Positions 1-10,600 of a stretch of DNA of 64,000 nucleotides are shown piece by piece. Under the pieces are notes generated by a model. The model searched no databases. It saw nothing but the letters and a program-made list of their open reading frames with translations, and was not told where the DNA came from. A program made the translations under genes and the position numbers. The stretch's first letter is position 1. Each line of letters opens with the position of its first letter. The DNA lies in assembly GCF_003704095.1 (NCBI RefSeq), contig NW_020847569.1:310001-374000 (forward strand), given 5' to 3'. Source of the DNA: Pocillopora damicornis. Taxonomy: Eukaryota.

Positions 1-106
1 CGTCAGAGCCATAGACGAAGGGCAAAAGCTCAAAAGGTCAGCTTTAAAACTCTTTACGGTGGCCAATTTACATTATCAACTCAGTTGATAATACTCAATT
101 ACCCTG
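1..106 (+). mobile_element. Degenerate right arm of the Penelope-type palindromic repeat (same family as 43345-43505 and 44690-44935)
   Basis: cgtcagagc..gacgaagggc..gctc..gtcagc..tttacggtggccaattta..tcaactcagttgataatact..aattacc matches 44829-44932. The hammerhead core is mutated. Truncated by the window start. Confidence 0.7.
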
Positions 107-1866
107 GTATTATCAAGTAGCTTAGGACCTTCGATGGCGTTCCTGGTGTTTTCAACGACTTTTCGAAGATAAGGAATGCTTTCTTCATCAGATGTAGTGT
201 ATAATGTCACTATCAGTTGGAATTGTATTCTATTGAGTGTGACTGATGATTTCGATTTGGGAAAATGAGCCAAAGTGGAAAGATTAACGACGGCAAACGA
301 ATTCGAGTTAAGAATTCAACAGTCGATTGAAGATCATACACGTAAGAACAGTGAGTCAATAATAATACGCCAGAATAGTATGGGCTTTTCTTACAGAGCT
401 ACTCTTGAAGTCGCCAGGTATGACGACTTGATCCACCGTTTTTCCATAATGTTTCAGCGTCCTCTGATAGGCGTAGAAAATTGAAAGGAAAAGTCATCTT
501 CACATTTTCGACACCTTTTTAAATCTATTAATTTTAATAACATTAATAGTAACAGATACTAGGAGATCAAAGAATTTTCAAAAGAGTATAACATTTTGTT
601 GAAAGAATTTGAATTCGGTGTTGGCCGGATAAACAAGATTCTTAGAAAAATAAACGTTTACTAATGAACAAACGAAGAGAAATTCTTTACAACCCCTCCC
701 TGTAGCTGTTCGGCTTGTAGTAAAGTTATTCGAAGTAGCCACAATCCCGGTTTTAATATTGAAAACATGCACACGCATGCAGATTACCTATAAACCTGTA
801 GTTCAAGCCTTCCATAATTTCAAAACTTTGATGCACACCTCAAAAGGAGAAAATATATGTCTCAAGGTTCTCTTTAATTGGTTTAGTTAGTCAGGTAAAG
901 TGAGTCAATTTTGCTTGTGATGACAGGATCAAGATATTTTGACAACTAATTATCAAAGTTAGCCTACTTGGAATGATAACCCTCATGTTCATATTAGAGC
1001 AGGTTTGTACCGATAATGGGAAAAATAACCTTCTTATTAAAAGAAAGTAATGGTCGAGAATTGGTAGCAAACCACAGCCCTGGGTCTACCAGTAAGAGAG
1101 TAATTAAAAATAGCAATTTGCTCATGCACAAAAGAACTATCCATGGTAAGAGGGAAGGCTTTCCTTTCTTTATTTAAATATGTAGAGAGGTTATCATTTT
1201 TCCATGAGTTCAGTGGACATTGAGAGTGGATGAGACTGACAGTGGCCATGTTATTTGAACAAATTTCCAAAGGAGGATAAAAAGTACGATATGGTCAAGG
1301 TGACTCTCTTAATTTAATTTTTAACCTCTAAAGTTAACGTACTAACAATCAATTTTACTTCTATGCGTCAAAATACAAAAGAATGTTCTATTCATCTTCG
1401 TACTCTAAACGCTAAAGGGGAGAAGGCAGGTCAAAGTAAAACCAGGAATTTAAATAGAAGCATCCCAATTAATTCCAGTCCTAATTAATGGAGGATCCTT
1501 GCTTTTCCAGATTCCCACACTTTAAAACTCACAAATCGTGCGACCAATTCCTTACATCGATTTTTAGTTTGGATATGAGCATTTTTTATAACATCATGCA
1601 CTGTTGAAAGCTTAAGCAAGTAGTTTTTGAAGCAGTTTGAATAATATCACATGTTAAAATTATATAATCATACAGTTCTAAAGCGAGGAGGTCAACTTAC
1701 TTAAGACTCGCCTGCTTCAACTTTTGACAGCTTGACCTTCAGAGAAATAGATATCGTAAACAATTACAATTAATACAAAGATGAACGTTTGAAAGCCAAA
1801 AGGTATTGTATTATTGTATTTTTGCTTTGCAAGTTGATTAGAAATTGCAAAATAAAGAGAATTACT

Positions 1867-2302
1867 TGAATATCAAAGCGATCTTCGCAGTAATGAACAC
1901 TACTTGAGAAGTAGTGAAAATAGAAAATTTCTATTTAGGCCTTATTTTCACTACTGCTCAAGTAGTGTTCATTACTGCGAAGATCGCTTTCATATTCACG
2001 TCTTTATCCGCACTTTACACGTATGATTTTCATATATTCACGGTCATTTATTCATCACTTCACGGGTTTATATGGAACCAACATACTGACCAGCTCCCAG
2101 TTGGCTTGCTAGCTCAGTTGGTAGAGCACTGCACCGGTATCGCAGAGGTCATGGGTTCAAATCCCTTACAGGCCTGAATTTTTTTCAGGCCTTATTTTCA
2201 CTACTGCTCAAGTAGTGTTCGTTACTGCGAAGATCGCTTTCTTATTCGCGTCTTTATCCGGAGTTCACATATATGATTTTCATATATTCACAGTCATTTA
2301 AT
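1867..2302 (+). mobile_element. tRNA-derived SINE insertion with tandem body, 5' inversion and 10-bp TSD
   Basis: tRNA-like head at 2103-2175 with A box TAGCTCAGTTGG, B box GGTTCAAATCC and GGT anticodon position. Body repeated at about 1938-2050 and 2188-2300, with an inverted copy at 1875-1922. GAGAATTACT occurs at 1857-1866 and 2303-2312. Confidence 0.8.
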
Positions 2303-2809
2303 GAGAATTACTGTTCAACTACAACCTCACCAGTTTGACTTCCCGCTAAAAACACGGGTTGCAAATCCTTGGCCTGCGCGGCCTCACATCTTCTAGCCCA
2401 CTCAAGGCTCTCGTGTGATGCCTAACCGTGTGCCCGCGGTACACTACACTAAAGTTCGGCACTCGAGTATGCGCACTTCATTATCATCTGCCGGTGTTTC
2501 CTGACGCCTACCTTTCCCTCACTCCTCGGATTACATAATGGCTTAACTAATTCCCGCAATGCAGTTGGCTGCGCATGCTAAAGGTAGCACCTTGTGAGGT
2601 CGGTAGTACGATCGTAAGTCCAATGTTTTCTGCCTTGATAGGTTACTGGGTCACTACTGTTACTTATAAGAATGCGAGCTCCGCTAATATTATAGCGAGT
2701 ATTTTAGTTTCTGATAAAATGTAACGTTAGTTTTGTATTGCGTTTGGATTTGCCACGTGGTTAAATAAAATTCTCATGGTTAAAGCGTAAACAACAGGCT
2801 TCGGTTTTT

Positions 2810-2948
2810 CGAAGGTCCAATAACACTATCCACAGGATAAATCTCTATCCGGTGGATAACACAGTACGTTTTGCTATCACTTAGCCGCTGGATAGCGATT
2901 TATCCGTTGGATAGAGTTATCCACCCGGCCCTTTCTACAACTGGGCCC
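2810..2948. mobile_element. Palindromic MITE-like repeat
   Basis: Internal inverted tatccN3ggata motifs (ctatccacaggataaatc / gatttatccgttggatag) and a caactgggccc terminus. Confidence 0.55.
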
Positions 2949-4273
2949 AGATGGGGGATTTTTTGTTTTGCAACCACTGTTTGCTAACGTCTCCCAAATT
3001 TATTCATTCCAAGATGTAGGTGTTGCTATATTCACGTTTTTTACGTCTAAAAAGGGAACAGATTCGCCAACCAAGATACCATCACTAATGAGGAAGTGCT
3101 TTATCTTGCACACGGAGAGGTGACAAGTTTTCTTTCTGCGATTCTTATTCCAAGCTTACTGTAAATGATTCTCTCAAAGATAATCGAACCGAATCCAATC
3201 TTGAAATAGGCCATTAAAAATTATACCAATTAAAAGCTGGAAGGGTAACTGAGGGGTTGAGTTAGAGCGACAAGGTTCTACTCATGGATTTGTTGTCAAT
3301 GTATATATATGTATATTCTTTTTAGGAAAGTTCATTATCGGTTGTATAGTTCAAACCAACAACAGGCTCGACTTTTAATATAGGTAGGGATCACTGGTGT
3401 TAAAACTAATCTTGTGTTTAATTTTCATTTTAACTTCGGAAGAAATTAAGTAACGTTTGGTTGCATTACTGTGCTAAAAACAACGGAAACTGAAACACAA
3501 TCGGCATCTAAGCCTTGTTAATAACAGAAATTATCCGTTGTTACGTACGAAGCATTTTTCACTCAACCTCATTGTGCTCAGTGGCACAGAAGAGTGGCCT
3601 TAGAAAGGTTCTTCCAAATTTCAATTTAAAATTCTTTGTCAAAGACGATCGTCTTGCGTAATATGCGTCATGATGAAATTATAAGAGCTTGTATGGAAAT
3701 ATATACACCCGCTCTTGGAAATAAAAAAACACAGTCAAATTCTCAATAAAAATACTTCACCTTACTTCCACAGTGCACTGCTTGTTGTCTGACCGATTAC
3801 TTTGCTGAAACGGGGCCATTTTAGCGAGTTAACCATTTCTTGGTTTCCTACTCCTAAGATAAGATAACAAGGCTGCACACTCCATTTCCAAACGCCCGAT
3901 CCGAAAAGCGAAAAATGTCCGAGCGGCCACAAATTGAACGCAGAACCCAAGTACATATACTGTAGTTTCATTTCAATTCCCTACCAGCTCAATCCTTCCC
4001 GTGAGACCGACGCAAAACGGCAGTTTGCTTCCAAAATTTCCATTTTCCACGTTTCTTGCGAACCGTGTACACATTCACCACGACACACGACCAATGAATC
4101 CAGACTGGTAACCCTGCCTCATTTGCAAACTGAGCCCAACCTAGGACCACACGGTCACTTGGCATCAACAAATCAAAATCAATAAAACTCTTGAAGCGGT
4201 CAGACATTTAAGTCCTAATTTGAGATCAGATAACTTTAAACTCACACATTTTTCGTTTGATCGGCTCGACGAC

Positions 4274-6812
4274 GATAGATAGATAGATAAGGTTTACAAA
4301 CGCGAAATTTCCAGCTTACTAAATTACAACTAATTAATTAATTTCCTAATTAAAAACTGTTACAGAATGACAAAATTACAAGCATGCGTCGAATTCCTAT
4401 GTAAAATAAGAGACAAGTTAATATCTAACTATCACCTACGATAAACGTAACTTAAGAGAAAGCTATTCTTGCATCTTTCAGTTTTACAACTCGGACGAAT
4501 AAATGTTCTTTGTTCTCTCAGATAGTAGCCGGGTTGGTATTTGCTTGGAAATAGTTTATGAAGACTGTGAGATTGATTTGCATATATTTCATTGAACAAC
4601 TTTGCTGCGATTGCCTCTCTTCTATCATACAGCGTTAAAAGTCCAGATATTTCCAGAGCCTTGGTATACGAAAGCTCGGGATAAATAATCTTCATAGCAC
4701 GTTTTTGAAGTCTTTCTAGGTCTTCGCTTAAATAACTTGGAATAACCGAATGCATGTAATGTAAAATATAAGAAGCTCTTTTGTGGCGACATGCGATCTC
4801 TTCAACTGTCTTAGAAAATATAGCCTTGTAGAAACCTTCCTAACTAGCTCTAACACATGGGCATTCCATTTTAAATCACTACTTTTATTGAGTCCTAATA
4901 ATTTTATACTTTTCACGGTCTCAAGGGTCTGACGGTTAACCCAGATAGGATCAAATTCTGGTTCGTTTTTTGCGAAGCTAATCCTAAGCTCTTTACATTT
5001 CCTTTCGTTTAACTGAAAACCATCTTCCCTTGCTTGTATTGCGAGATCGTCTACCATTTGCTGAATACAGTTCTCTTGGCCTTTAACCTCTGAAATTGTG
5101 GTATCATCAACATATTTGTAACGAATGTAACGCCATTCGGAGAAGCAATCCTCGGCCAGTTTAACTCTCTGTCTTCTATCCGATAAAAAGTCAACAATCC
5201 AGCATAATATGTGGTTCGGAATATCGTAATCTAAGAGTTTACCCACTAAGATGTTGAGATCAATAAGATCGAACGCTTTACGGAAATCAAATAGAACCAC
5301 CCTAATCACGGCCGAATTCCCATCGGAGCTGACGTGCCAGTTATGGATCATGCTAACAAGTGCGTGCGTAGTGCATGATTTAGGTATTGTCCTATATTGT
5401 CTTTTGTCGATTTTCTTTAACACGGCAGGTATCACAAATTCATGAACAATGTAATCTTCTGCAATCTTGGAAAGGATGGGCGTAAGGGAGATAGGGCGAA
5501 GGTGCTTATTGATGTCTTGGATAGGTCTTTGCTTGGGGACAGGGACGATATCTGCCTCTTTCCAAGATAAGGGCAAACGGCCTTCACGAAGGGAGGCATT
5601 CATGATATCCATGATGGATGGCGCCAAAAGATCCGCATTCTCCTTTAAGAGCCATCCGGGGATACCGTCCGGTCCTTGTGCCTTAGCTGGATTAATAGAG
5701 CATAACTTTCTAAGGATAGAAAACGCTGATATTGGTGAGAAATCATCATTCATAGTTCTGCTCGAAGACACAAAATTGTCTCCCCTAAATAGATTGTGGG
5801 TAAGCGGTTCAAAAACCTCCATTGGGGCCAAGAAAGCGGTGTTGATGTGGCTTGCAAGGTCAGCTGCTGATAGACCACGAGCACCTTCTAAGTGATGAAC
5901 GGACTTTAGGACATTATCACGTGACCCCTCCATTCCACTAAGTTTCTTGATTTCGCCCCACTACTTAGCTGGGGAACATCCCTTTAGATGTTGCACTTTA
6001 CACTCGTAATACTTCGTACGACATCTTTTACGTTCTCGGTTAACAAGATTTCTCAGATGGTTAAACTCCGCTCAGTCTCCTCGGTTTAAGGCCACTTGTC
6101 GCTTTCGAATCAAGGTCTTAACGGTTGAATTTATCCATGGTGGTTCTGTTCGGTGGAAAATTTTGGGCTTCATCGGCGGGTAAGATAGAATCAAGGCCAG
6201 TTTTGATGATCGTTTGTAACATCGACACCTTTCCTTTGCAAGTGGTCATAGCTCTGATCATCGCCGCAGTAACATCGACTTCATATAAATACGTTTGCAT
6301 TGCAACACGATTACTTGGTCGTAATTCCCTTGAAATAACAGTTTGTATTGTTTGCGATGTTTTAACCCTTTGCTTTGGCTGTACTTCAACTGAGCTATGA
6401 TCTGAAAGACCAAAAGCGGGACGTTCAACCGGGGTGTCGTAGTAATCCTGGAGGTTGGTAAGAATCTTGTCGAGAGTGTTTTGCCCACGAGTAGGAAAAT
6501 GCACAATCTGCTTCAGTTTGAAGTTTGATTTGCGCCTTGGATCGTTCAGATGGTTAAGGTCACCGAGTACTAGAAAACCGCAATTTTAGTATTTAGACTC
6601 CAAGTCCATTAAACACTTAGTCAAATAGTCCAACATCATAGAATTTGTTGCTTTTGGTGGATGATAAACAACACCAGCAATAATACTTGAGATGCCCCTT
6701 GGGAGACGAGTCGGGCGCATTTTAATCCACAATACCTCAAAAGAACATTTTTCGTCCTCGGGATCCTCCAGAACAGTAAAAGGGATTGATGATTTTATAT
6801 ACATGCACACCT
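4274..6812 (-). mobile_element. 5'-truncated, inactivated non-LTR retrotransposon (CR1/L2-group LINE) with APE endonuclease and reverse transcriptase remnants
   Basis: Endonuclease fragments VCMYIK, EVLWIK, GVVYHPP, PTRGQNTLDKILTN and GLSDH (6118-6810). RT motifs KAQGPDGIP, LRPISLT, DFRKAFD and KYVDDTT (4728-5933). C-terminal LERLQKRA..TERCKNSF (4432-4755). Several stops and frameshifts. (TATC)n tail at about 4274-4289. Confidence 0.93.
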
Positions 6813-7628
6813 ATAGCCTATGATAGCCGATAGCCTCTGTCTTTGCAATTTCTGAGGAAAGGAGCAACTTGCAGTGAAACTGCCCGACGACTTTTCAGCA
6901 AAAAATCATCGCGCCTCGTAATACAGCTGATTCTTTCGTGAAAATTTCGCTTTTTGTTTGCTGAGGGGATTACTCCACAGGGACGAAACTCAAGGGAACT
7001 AACCGAGGGGAACCTTCGCCGCACTTAGTGCAAAGAAATAAAATGTTCTGGCCACAGAAACGAACACAGCATTTATTCTTAACAAAGACTTCGCCATAGA
7101 AAACAAAACACAAACTAACCATTCAGCAAAGGGAGTTTTTTGTTGTTTGATGCACGTGGTTCTCTTTCGTAGGACTGAATCGTACTCGCAACTTCCATTT
7201 CTTCTTTACCTCTTCTTTACTTTACTTGAGTAAGATGAATCACATTTCTCGGTAGAGCTTGCTGAAGGTAGGTATACATAGCTTTTCTTTCAAGAGTATT
7301 TCAACGCCGAATGATACAAAATTACGAGAGACGTGAGAGATTCGTAAGTGTCAAGAGACGGTTTTCTCAGTTTTCTACTTCATCACTCGCTTATTCGTTA
7401 CCAGTCCACGGGACACTTTCAGACAAAATAGGAGCACTTTGGGGCCCGGAAAAACCGATTTTTGAATTCTTTGAAATTTTTCTTCTATCAGAATTGCTCT
7501 TTACGTGTGATAAGCTAAATATTTGCGTAAAAAAAAATCGTCTCGAAGGCACTTTAAGAAAGTTTGTGAATCGGCAAAAACGATAAATAAGAATGACACG
7601 TCCCAAAATGGACGCTAGTAATGTCTAA

Positions 7629-10600
7629 TTACTGAACAAATATATATCCCATGACTGCGACATTTCTGTTTCCGTTGTCTGCTGTGTGTGCTGCCACGTT
7701 TCCACAGGTGTTGGCACCCGGTGCTGTACCAAAACCGATTCTAGAATCACAGCTTTCGCAGTCATTTTGGTCGTTACCAAGGATGCCAATTCTTGCCTTA
7801 GCTTGGTTACCTCGCGGGCTGATTGTATTAAACCCTTCTTTATTACAATTAAGTTGCAAGGAGCCCTCGGAACCGAGAAGCGACTTCCATGCATCACGAC
7901 CAAGTGACGTATTACGATATTCCCCGTCGGCAATCAATGAGTGCAAAGATTCAGCCGTCTTGTTCATCAACATAAAGTTTACTTGTCCGCCGGTTTTCAT
8001 ACCAAGGCAGATCTTAGTAAAGTTTGTCTTCCAGTAAGTCGGTAGCTTGGTCTCTTGGTCATCTAACCCTGTCATCCCCGCCTGAATGTTCAATCCGGTC
8101 TTATTGCTCCAGATCTCAGAATCATAATTGAAGGTGTTCTGCAAAATAATGGTAATATTGTAAGTTAAAAAAAAATAGGTTTTGTAATGGAAGATTACAC
8201 GAGTTTCCATCTTTCGATTATCATTTCACCTTAGATCCATTTATCTTCATAACCAGTGTCCAACCACCGTCTCCACACAAACCAAGACTCGTCGTGTGAC
8301 AGTAAACTAAAATTTTGGTTGATCCAAACTTCAGAGGGAAGGATTGGTTAATGACAGGACTGAAAAATAAGAACGTTTCCTTTAATAGAAATCCCTATCT
8401 TTGGTGTGATAAATAGGATCCAAAGGTGATTTTAATAACTTTTCAGAGACAATGAAGAAGTGTGCTATAAGCATTTACTTACCCAAAGTACCGTTGCGAA
8501 GTGCAATGTTTAATATTTTGTCGATTTCTCAAATGTTTCCATTAACTATTGTGTTTCGTTCACCTCGAGAGTCCAACGAGCAATGGCTTGCCATAAGTTC
8601 GATAACATATTTAGAGATAGCACAAGTTGTTACTGAGTTTTAAGTCCCCTTAAAAGATTGAGATCATGGCGCTGGAGATTGATTTGCCCTCAGATTGCAA
8701 ATTAACTTGCTCGTCCACCTATGCTATCGCTGTCAACTTAAGTTGCACTCTTCAAAACATTTCGAAAGACGTTGAGAGAATTACTATAAACTACAGCGAA
8801 TCTGAGGAATGCAACATATTAATTTTTCTAAGGTAGAAAAGCACCGAAATAGGAAGCAGTAACCAGACAAGGATGAAGAGGTGAATAATGTCTGTCAAAA
8901 CGCTATGCTTAACTGCCATCATGCATCCATGGCGTTGTGAAAGTCTGGAAAGATTAATGCTATCACTTTTACGTATTGCTTCGAACACTACTTACAAGCC
9001 CTTTCCTTTGTTGTCGTCGTTAATCTCCTTACAGTTCTCAGCAGCTTGGACAAATTGAACACATCAGAAAGTTGATTAGACGCTTAACTAAGTATGCATA
9101 TTGATGCCTACATACTGCTAATTCTCCAAGTCTTTCATTTAATTCGCGTCAATGTATTTTGCAAGTGTCGAAACTGTAATCATGATAACTGCGAAGCTAA
9201 AGCTCAGATCAAAATTACCGTGAAATTTTTCAAAATTCACGTGCACCCGAAACTCAATTTTTACTAAATACGAAATAAGTGATATTTGCACTGACCTTAT
9301 AAAGGAAAAGATATAGCGTCACAGAGGTAAAAACGGTCATCCCCGATAAATATTTTATCGTTCAACAAAAATTGTAGCTTTATGGTAATAAGTAAGAATA
9401 ATGCTGCCATTATATTCTACCCCATTTTCTGCTAATTATTAACTTAGCAGTTTACCCTACCCACAGCTATAGAGGAAAAAATTATAATGCGGTTTTCTGT
9501 AGAAATGATATTACCTTTTTCACATTTTTCTCCAACAAAACCTGGAGCACAAGCACATATGAATTTGCACCTCTCGTTCGCTAGATAGCAGGTCCGTCCG
9601 TTTTTGCACGGGTTAGAACAGCAGGGATACTTGAAAAAGGGGAAAGTACCATGTATTTTTAGTCTTTTCTATACATGAAAGTCATTAACAATAGCCTCAT
9701 AGCATTTAGACGTTTTCCATTTGTTTTTTACGCTATTATACTTTCACATCATATGGCAAACCTTTCTTAAAGTTTCGTTGATCTCTGTGACGTGTGTGTT
9801 TGTTCTATTCAGTGCAGACTTGAGCTGATTCAAATATGAATCGAGCTTTTCTACCTGAAAGAAAAAGATGAAAGATTAAATGTAAGGAAAATCTCGTTCG
9901 TTCGTTCATTTAGCTGATTGGGTGTTACTTGCTTTGTCGCTTTGATTATTACGTGGGCTTTCTATGGTAGACTGCGTTACAAATTTGGTTGAGTGTCGGT
10001 GTAGTCAGAAATGGAAATTAACCACGCGCTTTTTTTGTCAGTTAAGTTAAGCCCTTTTGACTTGGAGTTACTCTGACTCGGATGGATGACCGCATATAAT
10101 ATCTCATGTTGTTTATTTTTTTTCCTGTCTTAATTTTTTGATTTTATTCCTGAATCTTGAAGAGTCACCACTAGATTTGTCATATTCTACCTAAAACCAG
10201 ATTCACTGCAAATAACGACCAATGCATCCTGCGTCAACACCTCCAGGAGTCTTGTTCCGTGACGAATTCTAAAATCTCTACAATCACTAATATAATGTAA
10301 TAACTTCAAACCTCATTAACAAAGGATGAATTGACTGCTGCTAGTGTTTTCCTTGTTTCTTTTTCAGACGTCATGAGTAATTTCTTTGAATTGTCCAAAT
10401 CGTTTCGAACAGAGCTAAGTTCTGCATCAGTCTATGCAGAGAAAATACAAAACTTATTTAGTAAGTAAAGATTTCGAAGGTTAAACTTACTCGTCTGGAA
10501 CTTGATCAATCTCATCGAGTACTTGATTGAATGATGATCCGATCAACGTAAGTCGAGAAAATTAGCCCTACAACTTACTTATCTTTGATCGTCTAGCTGG

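Noticed and set aside
76-800. Short ORFs at the window start
   Set aside because: No recognisable domain and no consistent exon chain on either strand.
2103-2175. tRNA-Thr(GGT) gene
   Set aside because: Embedded in a TSD-flanked repeat, has stem mismatches, and GGT is not a normal eukaryotic Thr anticodon. It is a SINE head.
7651-8037. Similar antisense ORFs over all four head exons (also 17031-17417, 45640-45951, 59413-59634)
   Set aside because: These are shadows of the conserved sense-strand coding sequence, with variable ends and no independent features.
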